A stretch of DNA of 64,000 nucleotides, taken from a virus. Taxonomy: Duplodnaviria > Caudoviricetes. Of the stretch, positions 48,081-57,484 are shown piece after piece. Below the pieces are notes generated by a model. It did no database searches. It had not been told where the DNA came from and saw only the letters and a list, made by a program, of their open reading frames with translations. The translations under genes were made by a program, and so were the position numbers. Positions within the stretch are counted from its first letter, which is position 1; every line of letters starts with the position of its first letter. The DNA lies in IMG/VR virus record IMGVR_UViG_3300015615_000196, positions 128,001 to 192,000 of that record. One strand, 5' to 3'.

Positions 48081-48849
48081 AATAGCAACACACGTTGTTC
48101 TTTTTGGACAAGACAAATGGATAATGAGGAACATTGAAAATGCGTATCCTCACGTAGAGAAAATTTATGTTGCATACAGCGACAAGCCTTGGGCATACAA
48201 TCCAAATGCAAGATCACAGTACACGAATAGTTTCGATTTGAACGTTCTTCGTAATTCAAAGTATACAGATAAAATTCATATCATTGAAGGAGTATGGGAC
48301 ACAGAAGAACAACAACGAAATGCCTGTGCTGAACAAGCACAAAAGGATGGTATGGAATTCATGCTTATTCATGATGCGGACGAATTTTATCATCATACTG
48401 ACTTCGGAAATCTTTTGAAGTACATCCAGCAAAATCAAAATTATGACTACTATAAAGTGGCATGGTATTGCTTTTGGAAAAACTTTAATTATGTTTTGCT
48501 CGGCTCGGATAGAGATAAAATTGTTGGGTATCCAGAGTTTGCAATCAATCTGAAAAGAGGTGTGCGATTTAGTTCAAAAAGAAAACCAGTTCAAACCATT
48601 TTCAAAATTATCCCACCAGAATTTGGCATTTGTTATCACGGTTCATATGTGTTAACCAATGACGAATTACTTCAAAAAATCAATACTTGGGGTCACACAA
48701 ATGACTTTAACAAAGAACGTTGGTATACCGACAAATGGTTGAAGTGGAAAGAGGGAGACCGTGATCTTCACTTAGTTACACCGAGTGCGTGGTCGGAAGC
48801 CGTCTGGTTCGATGGTAATTTACCAGAGGTGATTGCGGATATGCGATAA
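48070..48849 (+). CDS. Glycosyltransferase family 2-like
   Basis: EEQQRN, IHDADEFY, CYHGSY. Confidence 0.75.
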   Translation: MGNKIATHVVLFGQDKWIMRNIENAYPHVEKIYVAYSDKPWAYNPNARSQYTNSFDLNVLRNSKYTDKIHIIEGVWDTEEQQRNACAEQAQKDGMEFMLIHDADEFYHHTDFGNLLKYIQQNQNYDYYKVAWYCFWKNFNYVLLGSDRDKIVGYPEFAINLKRGVRFSSKRKPVQTIFKIIPPEFGICYHGSYVLTNDELLQKINTWGHTNDFNKERWYTDKWLKWKEGDRDLHLVTPSAWSEAVWFDGNLPEVIADMR

Positions 48850-48868
48850 AATTCTTAACATTGCAAGA

Positions 48869-49894
48869 ATGATCTTAGTTGTTTTCGGTACTCGCCCTGA
48901 GTTTTTAAAAGTAAAACCACTTCTTGAAGAACTTACAAGAAGAGGACTGGAATTTTATACCCTGTTCACTTCTCAGCATAAGGACATCGTTCCAAAAGAA
49001 ATACCCATTAGCCTTACACTTCCTGAGCCAATAGAAGCGGGGAATAGATTGCTTTCTGTATTGTCACATACACTATACAACATCGGAGTTGTGTTGGAGG
49101 CAAATCCACAAATCAAATATGTACTTGTGCAGGGTGATACCACATCAGCATTAGGTGGTGCACTTGCAGCAGTAAATTGCAAAGTAAAGGTGATTCATCT
49201 TGAAGCTGGTTTAAGAACTTATGATCCAGAGAATCCATATCCAGAAGAGTACAACCGTCAACTCATTTCAAGAATAACCGACATTCACCTTTGTCCTACC
49301 ACACAAAACAAAGCCAATCTCGAAAGCGAAAAGGCTCCGGGTAAATTTTATGTTGTGGGTAATACCATCCTTGATACGTTGGTTAATCTACAAGGTTCAG
49401 TAGAATACAGCAATAAAATATTGGTTACTCTACATCGCAGAGAAAACCATGACAAAATTGACCGTTGGTTCAAAGAGATAAATCGTTTGGCGAGAATCAA
49501 TAACGACTACGAATTCATATTGCCTCTTCATCCGAATCCAAACGTTCAAAAGCACAAAGGGATTTTAACCGATGTGAAGGTTGTTGATCCTTTGTCGCAC
49601 GAAGAATTTTTAAAGTTACTGGTCAAGTGTAGAATGGTAATCAGTGATAGCGGTGGCGTTCAAGAAGAATGTGCATTCTTTAGAAAGAAGGTAATCGTCT
49701 GCCGAAAGATTACGGAAAGACCGGAGTCTGTTGGTACAACCAGTATCATGTGTGCAGAGCCGGAAAAACTCGTATCTTTGTTCTCGTTACATGACTACGA
49801 CATTACTGTTAAAGAAGGCGTTTGTCCATTTGGAGACGGTACTTCGAGTCAGCAGATAGTTGATATTTTTGTAGACGAAATCTACGGTGGGTGA
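48869..49894 (+). CDS. wecB: UDP-N-acetylglucosamine 2-epimerase (non-hydrolysing)
   Basis: FGTRPE, VQGDT, HLEAGLR, PEEYNR, TLHRREN, SDSGGVQEE, TERPE, FGDG. Confidence 0.95.
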   Translation: MILVVFGTRPEFLKVKPLLEELTRRGLEFYTLFTSQHKDIVPKEIPISLTLPEPIEAGNRLLSVLSHTLYNIGVVLEANPQIKYVLVQGDTTSALGGALAAVNCKVKVIHLEAGLRTYDPENPYPEEYNRQLISRITDIHLCPTTQNKANLESEKAPGKFYVVGNTILDTLVNLQGSVEYSNKILVTLHRRENHDKIDRWFKEINRLARINNDYEFILPLHPNPNVQKHKGILTDVKVVDPLSHEEFLKLLVKCRMVISDSGGVQEECAFFRKKVIVCRKITERPESVGTTSIMCAEPEKLVSLFSLHDYDITVKEGVCPFGDGTSSQQIVDIFVDEIYGG

Positions 49895-50592
49895 TACAAA
49901 AGATTGCATATATTGTTTCCGACAAGGAACTATCCAACCATAAAAAATTGGACTGGATCAACTATGTAATTTTGAATGGCGAACCATTTCATAGTTTCAC
50001 AACAACTCAAGACGGTAAAGTGCAGTTCGATGCACCACGATACAACTCGTACTATCCAACATTGATAATCGGATGGGAATTATTCAATACAACACATAAA
50101 GAATTTAACCCGGACATTCTCGAAAAAACAAAATCAAGACCGTATAATGTAGAATGGGAATTTTCCGTTGACGAAAGAATTGTAGATCACTTTGAAGGTG
50201 TTGCCAATTTCATAAAGACAGCACCAAGAAAATACGTGGAGCAATTTCGTTACAAGAACATCGATCCAATCATAGATAAAATTGAGAAGGAAGAAGACGT
50301 GTTGGAGTTGGTAAAGAAGTATCAATACTTGGATCACATCAGAACTTACCAATACAAAGACGAAGTCATTTATCTTTTTGATCGGGGTTCAAGCACTCCG
50401 ATGCTCGGCATTTATCTCACTGCATTCAAGTATTTCAAGTACGATGTGGAGAAGATAAAATCGCTGATTTACTCGGCAATTAAGCCGGAGCATATTTTTC
50501 TCGACCCGGACGGGCAGAATTACGGTACATATTACAAACAATTCCCCGATTTTGACCAATTGAAGCGTTCAATGGTGCTTTTTTTAGCGTAG
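49891..50592 (+). CDS. Hypothetical protein
   Basis: 233 aa, last gene of the cluster. Confidence 0.65.
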   Translation: MIQKIAYIVSDKELSNHKKLDWINYVILNGEPFHSFTTTQDGKVQFDAPRYNSYYPTLIIGWELFNTTHKEFNPDILEKTKSRPYNVEWEFSVDERIVDHFEGVANFIKTAPRKYVEQFRYKNIDPIIDKIEKEEDVLELVKKYQYLDHIRTYQYKDEVIYLFDRGSSTPMLGIYLTAFKYFKYDVEKIKSLIYSAIKPEHIFLDPDGQNYGTYYKQFPDFDQLKRSMVLFLA

Positions 50593-50622
50593 TTCCGTAT
50601 TTATAGGAAACTGTACGGAAGT

Positions 50623-50799
50623 ATGAGTAACACGAAGAAAAAGCAAACTGCTATTGATCGTTTTCTTAATTCTGGTCAACCTGTAAAGGTAAGAGAATCT
50701 AAGAAAGCTATTTTGGACGAAAGAGAAGGCTTGATTGAAAGAATCGACCGTATCATCGTCACTAAAGATGGCAAACAATTACTTAGAGAACAATACTAA
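50623..50799 (+). CDS. Small late protein (58 aa, absent from the ORF track)
   Basis: MSNTKKKQTAIDRFL...KDGKQLLREQY; late motif GTATTTATA at 50597-50605. Confidence 0.75.
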   Translation: MSNTKKKQTAIDRFLNSGQPVKVRESKKAILDEREGLIERIDRIIVTKDGKQLLREQY

Positions 50800-50810
50800 G
50801 TCGTAAAGAC

Positions 50811-51566
50811 ATGGGTAAAAAACAATCGCTTCAAGAGTCTCTTGAACGCATGAAGTACGTCTCAAAATACGTCATCAATGAATCTCCTGTTTACAAGAGT
50901 TTGGTTGGTAACGGTGGGATGGATGCACTTCCAGAGTATCTTATGAAGGAAGCAGATTCAGGTGCAACTGCAAATCAGCCAGCACCAGAACTTCCTCCAT
51001 TGCCAGCAACCCCGGATGCCGGAGCACCTGCTCCCGCACCAGCAGCAGGTGGCGCAGCCCCTGCACCTACGGCAGCAGCACCCGCTCCTGCTCCTGCACC
51101 AGAAGGTGGCGCAGACAATGTTGAGTTAAACAAGAACGTTGATATTACCACAAGTGCCCCGGCAGGAGAACCAGCAATGGAAGCACCGCCAATGGGTGGT
51201 GAACCAATGGAGTCACCTGAGAAGAAAGTAATGGAACTTCAACTGGATGCACTCAAGAAAATGAGTTACAAGATTGAAGACCTCGGCAGTGCCGTTGACA
51301 GTTTGAACGACAGAATGCGTTTGTATTCTGATGAAGTTGAGAAAGTAAGAGAACCATCCGACATGGAGAAGTTCGAAAATAGAAAAAATGACAGCAGTCC
51401 GTATTATTTCAATTTGAATGACCTTTGGAAGGACGACAATTTCAAATCAAGAATGGATCAGTTCGGAAAAGGATACGTAAAAACAGAAGACGGATATGTT
51501 GCAGATTTCGATGATCTTCCTAAATTAGCCCCTCATGAAGTGAAGGCGAGTTTTGACGATTACTAA
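50811..51566 (+). CDS. Putative internal head/scaffold protein with a Pro/Ala-rich linker
   Basis: KQSLQESLERMKY...INE N-terminus, PAPA repeats, acidic coiled coil. Confidence 0.65.
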   Translation: MGKKQSLQESLERMKYVSKYVINESPVYKSLVGNGGMDALPEYLMKEADSGATANQPAPELPPLPATPDAGAPAPAPAAGGAAPAPTAAAPAPAPAPEGGADNVELNKNVDITTSAPAGEPAMEAPPMGGEPMESPEKKVMELQLDALKKMSYKIEDLGSAVDSLNDRMRLYSDEVEKVREPSDMEKFENRKNDSSPYYFNLNDLWKDDNFKSRMDQFGKGYVKTEDGYVADFDDLPKLAPHEVKASFDDY

Positions 51567-51619
51567 GATAGCATCACCCAAAGGGTGAAGGCACTGGTCA
51601 GGGGATGCCGAAATCCCAC

Positions 51620-51644
51620 AATGCATCTACGGGATGCATTTTTT
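51620..51644 (+). terminator. Intrinsic terminator
   Basis: AATGCATC-TACGG-GATGCATTTTTT. Confidence 0.75.
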
Positions 51645-51743
51645 ATTGCACATGCTACCATTTGGAGATATGTGTTTCGAGGCACGGTACGACAAGATTT
51701 GTATCGTGCCTTGCGTTTTTTAGAGTATTTATAAAAAAACTCC

Positions 51744-53147
51744 ATGAGCGTATACCGTAGCTACTTTGCTAAGAATAATACTCTGATTCAGAACAACGAA
51801 TTAAACGTATCACAGAACCCCGTAGGTGAGATTTCATACGGGACTATGCAGCATACGGTAAGCCGCATTATCTTCAAACCTGACCTCTCTTTACTCGCTC
51901 AAAAACTCACTGACGAAGGCATTGACGTAACCAAAATTAAATCACATAGATTGGGCATGTCAAACACCATTGGATTGAGTGGAGACATCGGAGGTTTCTC
52001 GTACTCACGTATCATTGAAAGAGCAACCAGTTTTCAATTGGACTTGTTCACCGTAGTCGAAGATTGGGATGAAGGTGGAGGATATACCTTCCAGTACGAT
52101 GACGACAATTTGGTCAATCTTCCAGCAAGCGCAAGCAACTGGTATTTCAGAAAAACCAACGTACCTTGGTCAGTAGCCGGAGCCTATGTTTCAGGTGCTA
52201 CAGGAACCACTGGTATGACGGGAACTTCCGTGATCATTGGTAGTCAGGTATTCGAAAAGGGTAATGAAGCATTAAGCATTGACGTAACAGATTACGTTAA
52301 CCAGATACTTTACAGTGGTCTTACCGACAACGGTCTTGGACTTAAAATGATCGATGGTCTTGAGGCACTTGATACAATCAGACGCAGAGCCGTTGCCTTC
52401 CATTTGAAGAACACGAACACGGCATTTGATCCGTACATTGAGACAATCATTGATGACGGTATTGCTGATGATCGTAACTACTTCTTCATGGACAAGGACA
52501 ACGATCTTTACCTTTACTCGAATAAAGGAGACGTGATGATTTCAGGTGTCACCATCTACGACTATGAAGGTGAGGTATTTGAGGTTATCCCGGCAAGTGG
52601 AGTGACCAGAGTACGTAAGGGGGTCTATAAGATCACGGTAAACATCCCATCGGATACATACCCTGATGCCGTGTTGTTCAAGGACGTTTGGACGCTGTTC
52701 CAGAACGGAAAAGAAAAGGATATTTCTTTTGATTTTTATTTGGTAAGTTCGGATAATTTTTATAGTTTTGGTTTGTCTAACAGATTAAACCCCGACAACT
52801 ACCATTTTTCTTACTTCGGTGTCAACTCAGGAGAATACGTAAAGAGAGGTGACAAGAGAAGAATATCAATCAGTGTCAAGCAGTTATACAAGAACCAAGA
52901 TAGTAACTTACCGTTAAGTCTTGAGTATCGCTTGTTTACCAAGCAAAGTAGCGATGTTGAAATAGACATCATTCCTTACACAGCAGTAGATCGTACCTCA
53001 AGTGGATACGAGTTTACGTTGGATACCTCATGGTTAATTCCACAAGATTACTTCATTGACTTGAAAATTTCTGACGGGTCAGTATTTATAAGAAGAACGC
53101 CAGTCGGATTCACTATTGTATCTGATGAAGCATTCCCAAGTAGTTAA
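51744..53147 (+). CDS. Virion structural protein
   Basis: Late motif 51725-51733; WDEGGG, SNWYFR, IDVTDYVN. Confidence 0.65.
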   Translation: MSVYRSYFAKNNTLIQNNELNVSQNPVGEISYGTMQHTVSRIIFKPDLSLLAQKLTDEGIDVTKIKSHRLGMSNTIGLSGDIGGFSYSRIIERATSFQLDLFTVVEDWDEGGGYTFQYDDDNLVNLPASASNWYFRKTNVPWSVAGAYVSGATGTTGMTGTSVIIGSQVFEKGNEALSIDVTDYVNQILYSGLTDNGLGLKMIDGLEALDTIRRRAVAFHLKNTNTAFDPYIETIIDDGIADDRNYFFMDKDNDLYLYSNKGDVMISGVTIYDYEGEVFEVIPASGVTRVRKGVYKITVNIPSDTYPDAVLFKDVWTLFQNGKEKDISFDFYLVSSDNFYSFGLSNRLNPDNYHFSYFGVNSGEYVKRGDKRRISISVKQLYKNQDSNLPLSLEYRLFTKQSSDVEIDIIPYTAVDRTSSGYEFTLDTSWLIPQDYFIDLKISDGSVFIRRTPVGFTIVSDEAFPSS

Positions 53148-53267
53148 GAAAATTTGTTGAAAAAATATTTTTGTTGAATAGTTTGTAGTTGTTGAGTTTT
53201 GATTTGTAAGTTTGTTTTGTAAGTAAATTTTGTTGTTATAATTTAATTTAAACTGTTGATTCATTTT

Positions 53268-54494
53268 ATGGAGCAATTAGAAAACTCCGTAGTCGGACAA
53301 GGTTCCGAAGCGGAAGCACTTGAGGGTCTCTTCGCCAAGTATAAAGAGAGAGACGAAAAAAAGAAGAAATTTCTGAGCAAAGAAGAAATTCTTGCACGTT
53401 ACTTCAACCCAAGAAAGGACACAGAAATTTTCCGAGCACTTCCTAAACGCGAAGGCGAAGAAGTAATTGAGGAAGGCTGGTTCCACAAAGTTCAAGCGGG
53501 GAAATTCATTTCCAATACCACTGCGGTATACTGCCCTGCGAACAATAACCCCAAAGTACAAGCAAAGGACAAAGATGGAAATCTTGTTTCTGACCAAGCA
53601 GGAAACCCTGTGATGGTGAAGCAGTATTGCCCTTTGTGTGCTAAGGCAGCTTCTATCAAAGCAAAGCAAGACAAGAGCATTGCTGGAAAGAAAGAAAAGG
53701 ACATCACTGATCCGAACGAGAAGGCAATCTTCGAAAAGAACAAAGCGATCTTCAAAAGATCAAGTGCGTTCGAAGCGAAGCAATACTACATTGTTCGTGG
53801 TATCGACAGAGGTGCAGAGAAAGACGGCATCAAATTCTGGCGATTCAAGCACAACTTCAAGAACCAAGGTGTTCATGACAAGTTGATGCCGATCATTAAG
53901 GACTACTACAAGCAGACTGGCAAAGTCTATTCGAATTCCGAACAAGGAATCGACTTGATGATCAGCGTGGTTGACAACGAATTCATGGGAAGAAAATTCC
54001 GTGATGTGTCGGCAATCATCCCACGTATGCCATCAAAACTTCACTCTGATCCTGTGATCATGAAGCAATTACTCGATGACAAGACGACTTGGAAAGAAGT
54101 TTTCAAGCCGAAGAAAGCACCGGGTATTGACGAAGTCACTTACCTCAAACTCGCAGCAGAGGAACGCGAACTTGGTCAGAAGACCGACATGCGTAACACT
54201 CCGTTCTACGATGAAGAAGTGAAGAAGTGGGTATTCCCGAATCACCCCGATCTTGAAGAAGCAGCGAATACGAAGAATCGTAATCTCGATGCTGATCAAG
54301 GCGACCAATACGATGCTCCCGATGAAGACGGGTACGTAGCAGCAGCAACGTCAGTTGTTAGTCAAAAGAACACACCAGACATCACTGAAATGAGTACGTC
54401 TGCTGCCCCAACTGCAACCAATAACAATCTTGGTTCAGTAAACGTAGGTGCACCTGCAAATGCTGGTGGAGCCTATGATGATCTTCCGTTCTAA
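53268..54494 (+). CDS. Single-stranded DNA-binding protein (T4 gp32-like)
   Basis: FRALP, FHKV, YCP...CPLC, IKFWRF, acidic tail ending DDLPF; next to UvsX. Confidence 0.8.
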   Translation: MEQLENSVVGQGSEAEALEGLFAKYKERDEKKKKFLSKEEILARYFNPRKDTEIFRALPKREGEEVIEEGWFHKVQAGKFISNTTAVYCPANNNPKVQAKDKDGNLVSDQAGNPVMVKQYCPLCAKAASIKAKQDKSIAGKKEKDITDPNEKAIFEKNKAIFKRSSAFEAKQYYIVRGIDRGAEKDGIKFWRFKHNFKNQGVHDKLMPIIKDYYKQTGKVYSNSEQGIDLMISVVDNEFMGRKFRDVSAIIPRMPSKLHSDPVIMKQLLDDKTTWKEVFKPKKAPGIDEVTYLKLAAEERELGQKTDMRNTPFYDEEVKKWVFPNHPDLEEAANTKNRNLDADQGDQYDAPDEDGYVAAATSVVSQKNTPDITEMSTSAAPTATNNNLGSVNVGAPANAGGAYDDLPF

Positions 54495-54520
54495 AAGCAG
54501 AAGCCAGATCATAAATTTTG

Positions 54521-54550
54521 ACGAGAAGCGAGTAACATCGCTTCTCGTTT
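54521..54550 (+). terminator. Hairpin/terminator
   Basis: ACGAGAAGCGA-GTAACA-TCGCTTCTCGT-TT. Confidence 0.65.
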
Positions 54551-54578
54551 AAATAACCTTATCCATAAAGTTTATGGA

Positions 54579-55667
54579 ATGGAACCGCAAAAGAGACCAA
54601 TACCAAAAAAGACTTTTTCTTTAGAAGATTTCAAAAAGAAAACGGGTGGTGCAGATGTACCGGATAAAGCAACAGAATTTATTCCACTTTCACCAGCGTT
54701 TCAAAAAGCAACCGGACTTCCCGGTATACCAAAAGGATATACGACTTTGTTCAGAGGTTTTTCAAACACTGGCAAGTCAACTGCACTTTGTGAAACTCTT
54801 GTAGCATATCAAAAGGCAGGAGTTCTCCCGATTATCATTGATACTGAAAACAACCTCGGAAGAGAGCGTTTGAAGGCAATGGGATTCAATTGGGATGATG
54901 GATTTTATATCGACATCGATAACGAATTCTTACTTGAAACATTCGGCAAGAAAAAAGAACCGAATAAGTTGGAGGCAACAATTGAGGACTTGGGTGATGC
55001 AATTCACTTCTACCTTGACAAGCAAGCCTCTGGCGAACTACCATACGAATTGATTTTCGCAATCGACTCGTTGGGTACGTTGGATTGTGATTTGACAGTA
55101 AGAGCGAAAGCAAACGACACGTCAAATAACAACATGTGGAATGCCGGAGCATTCGAAAGAACATTCAAATCAATTTTGAACTATCGTATTCCGGGTTCAC
55201 GTAAGACCAACAAACAATACACCAACACTTTAGTTGCTGTTCAAAAAATTTGGTTGGAAGCACAACCAGTTGGACAGCCTGTGGTAAGACACAAAGGTGG
55301 TGATGCATTTTTGTTCGGTGCACGTTTGATTGTACATCATGGTGGAAAGAAAACACAGGGTGTAAAATACATCAGTGCAACGTCAAAGGGAACTGAAATA
55401 TCATTCGGTATTCAAACTGCAATTGAAGCAGTGAAGAACCAGATTGATGGCCCTTACGGTGGTATCTCGATCCAAGGAGATATAATCTCAACACCACATG
55501 GATTCATTGGAACATCACCAGAAGACATTACGGCATACAAGAAGAAGAACCTCTCGTACTTCCGTGATAAATTGGGATCGGACTTGAAGGAATCAGACAT
55601 CGATACAAAATTCGATGTATCCAACATGGACGATAACGATGTGAAATCATTGTTGAACGAAATGTAA
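54579..55667 (+). CDS. RecA/UvsX-like recombinase
   Basis: GIPKG, GFSNTGKST, IIDTE, IDSLG, KGG. Confidence 0.9.
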   Translation: MEPQKRPIPKKTFSLEDFKKKTGGADVPDKATEFIPLSPAFQKATGLPGIPKGYTTLFRGFSNTGKSTALCETLVAYQKAGVLPIIIDTENNLGRERLKAMGFNWDDGFYIDIDNEFLLETFGKKKEPNKLEATIEDLGDAIHFYLDKQASGELPYELIFAIDSLGTLDCDLTVRAKANDTSNNNMWNAGAFERTFKSILNYRIPGSRKTNKQYTNTLVAVQKIWLEAQPVGQPVVRHKGGDAFLFGARLIVHHGGKKTQGVKYISATSKGTEISFGIQTAIEAVKNQIDGPYGGISIQGDIISTPHGFIGTSPEDITAYKKKNLSYFRDKLGSDLKESDIDTKFDVSNMDDNDVKSLLNEM

Positions 55668-55673
55668 ATTATG

Positions 55674-55703
55674 TCCGGGACTCATTTCTGAGTCCCGGAT
55701 TTT
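55674..55703 (+). terminator. Hairpin/terminator
   Basis: TCCGGGACTCA-TTTC-TGAGTCCCGGA-TTTT. Confidence 0.7.
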
Positions 55704-55708
55704 ACCTT

Positions 55709-56752
55709 ATGGATGCTAAAACACTACTCGTAGATGCTTCGTACTTATTCAAACGCTCCCTTCACGGTGTCAAGAACAGTTACGATAAACAAGGTCATCA
55801 CATCGGAGCCGTATATGGTTTCTTAACCAAGATACGTAAGCTGATCAAAGACTATACAATCAATAAAGTGGTGTTGGCATGGGATGGGGAGAACGGTGGT
55901 ATTCATCGTCACCAGATTGACTACATGTACAAGTCCAATAGAAAGGACAAGTCGTGGTATACACCAATCGAATTGACGGACGAAGAAATCAGAGCCGAGA
56001 AAGAGAAAAAAGAATCGGTTCTTCTTCAACGTAAGAGAGTACAACTGTATGCGGAGGAATTGTTTTTCCGTCAACTGGAAGTGAATGATATTGAGGCAGA
56101 TGATTTGATCGCAGCATATTGCGTGAAGCATCACAAGACCGAAGACATCTTGTTGTATACCAACGATAAAGACTTCCTTCAACTGTTGACGCTGGACATC
56201 AAGATTTATCTTGAAAGCGTGGGCAAGATTGTAGAGGCCGGGAATTTCTTTGAATTCTTTCCGTACTTCTACAAGAATGCACTAACCCTCAAAATCCTTT
56301 GTGGTGACGATAGTGATATGATCGAAGGTGTGAAAGGCATCAAAGAGACTACGCTATTGAAGCATTTTCCAGAACTCATTGATAGTGAGGTGAGTGTTCG
56401 TCACATCTGCAAACGTTCGGTAGAAATTAATGAACAAAGAAAATTAGAAAAAAAGAAGCCGTTGGCAGCTATTGCCAACATAACCAGCAACATAGATCGA
56501 TTGAGGATGAATCACCAACTGATGAATCTCTTCGAACCGTTTCTTAATGAGGCTGCTTATCAGGCACTTGAAGATTTGAGCATACCGTTGTCGGCAGATG
56601 ACCGGGGAGGTAACAACCTCTACAAGATTGTACAGGAAGACGACTTGCTGGCATCGTACTCCAACTACGGTAACTACTCAAGCTACATGCAACCATTTTA
56701 TCAAGTCATATCGAGAGAAAAAGATTTGTTGAAAAAGTTTTGCCAACAATAA
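55709..56752 (+). CDS. 5'-3' exonuclease / T4 RNase H-like flap nuclease
   Basis: LLVDAS, AWDG, YKSNR, EADDLIA, TNDKDFLQ, GDDSDMIEGVKGI. Confidence 0.92.
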   Translation: MDAKTLLVDASYLFKRSLHGVKNSYDKQGHHIGAVYGFLTKIRKLIKDYTINKVVLAWDGENGGIHRHQIDYMYKSNRKDKSWYTPIELTDEEIRAEKEKKESVLLQRKRVQLYAEELFFRQLEVNDIEADDLIAAYCVKHHKTEDILLYTNDKDFLQLLTLDIKIYLESVGKIVEAGNFFEFFPYFYKNALTLKILCGDDSDMIEGVKGIKETTLLKHFPELIDSEVSVRHICKRSVEINEQRKLEKKKPLAAIANITSNIDRLRMNHQLMNLFEPFLNEAAYQALEDLSIPLSADDRGGNNLYKIVQEDDLLASYSNYGNYSSYMQPFYQVISREKDLLKKFCQQ

Positions 56753-56800
56753 ATCATTTTAGTAAAATTGCTTTGTGCAACCCTTTAAAGAAAGACATTT

Positions 56801-57472
56801 ATGTCAGAAGAAAAAAAACAGGAAAACTTTTTTAAGTTTGGACTTTATCTCAGAGGCGAAAAGATATTCGAAAGAATATTCAGTGCTGATCTGTATAATC
56901 CTGTTGTTCGTTACTCAGTAGATATTCGTGACAAGAGTCCGAATATCATTGCAAACATTCAAAACGTACTCCAATCAACAGAATTGACCTTCGAAGATTT
57001 CTTGGGACAAAACACCAAGAACTACTACAAGCATATCTGTAAGATAAACAGAATGGCTCCGATCAAGTTGTTTGTGCCAACAAACTACAGAGACAAGGAT
57101 CGTGATGCTCAACAGAAATCCAAGTTTCAAGGTAAGGGAACGGAATTCAAGTTCGGATTGTATATCAACAACAACCCAATTGTCGAGCGTAATTTCTACG
57201 TAGACAATTACAATCCAGATGCAAGATTCTCGAATGAACTCTACACCTTGCTCAATGAGATCGTAGACTTTCTCGTCTCGTACCTCAAAACTCGCGATGT
57301 AAATCACATGTGGAACGATTACGATTTGATCACTGCCTACGAGTTGAACATTCAACAAGTAAGGGAACTGTCAAAGGAAAAGCGTGAAGAATTCTTACGT
57401 AGAAAGGGCGATCTTGCTTTCATCGAGAAGGTGAGAACCGACTACAACAAGAACTCTGAATACGCAGCGTAA
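56801..57472 (+). CDS. Hypothetical protein with an internal duplication
   Basis: FKFGLY...ERIF..D.YNP.VRYS occurs twice (second copy FKFGLY...ERNF..D.YNP.ARFS). Confidence 0.7.
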   Translation: MSEEKKQENFFKFGLYLRGEKIFERIFSADLYNPVVRYSVDIRDKSPNIIANIQNVLQSTELTFEDFLGQNTKNYYKHICKINRMAPIKLFVPTNYRDKDRDAQQKSKFQGKGTEFKFGLYINNNPIVERNFYVDNYNPDARFSNELYTLLNEIVDFLVSYLKTRDVNHMWNDYDLITAYELNIQQVRELSKEKREEFLRRKGDLAFIEKVRTDYNKNSEYAA

Positions 57473-57484
57473 TCACTACATAAC

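Noticed and set aside
50990-51110. GCACC/CCTGC short repeats
   Set aside because: They simply encode the PAPA linker of the CDS
51571-51620. SAM-I riboswitch or hammerhead resemblance
   Set aside because: It lacks the GCAACC core of SAM-I and the CUGANGA core of hammerheads
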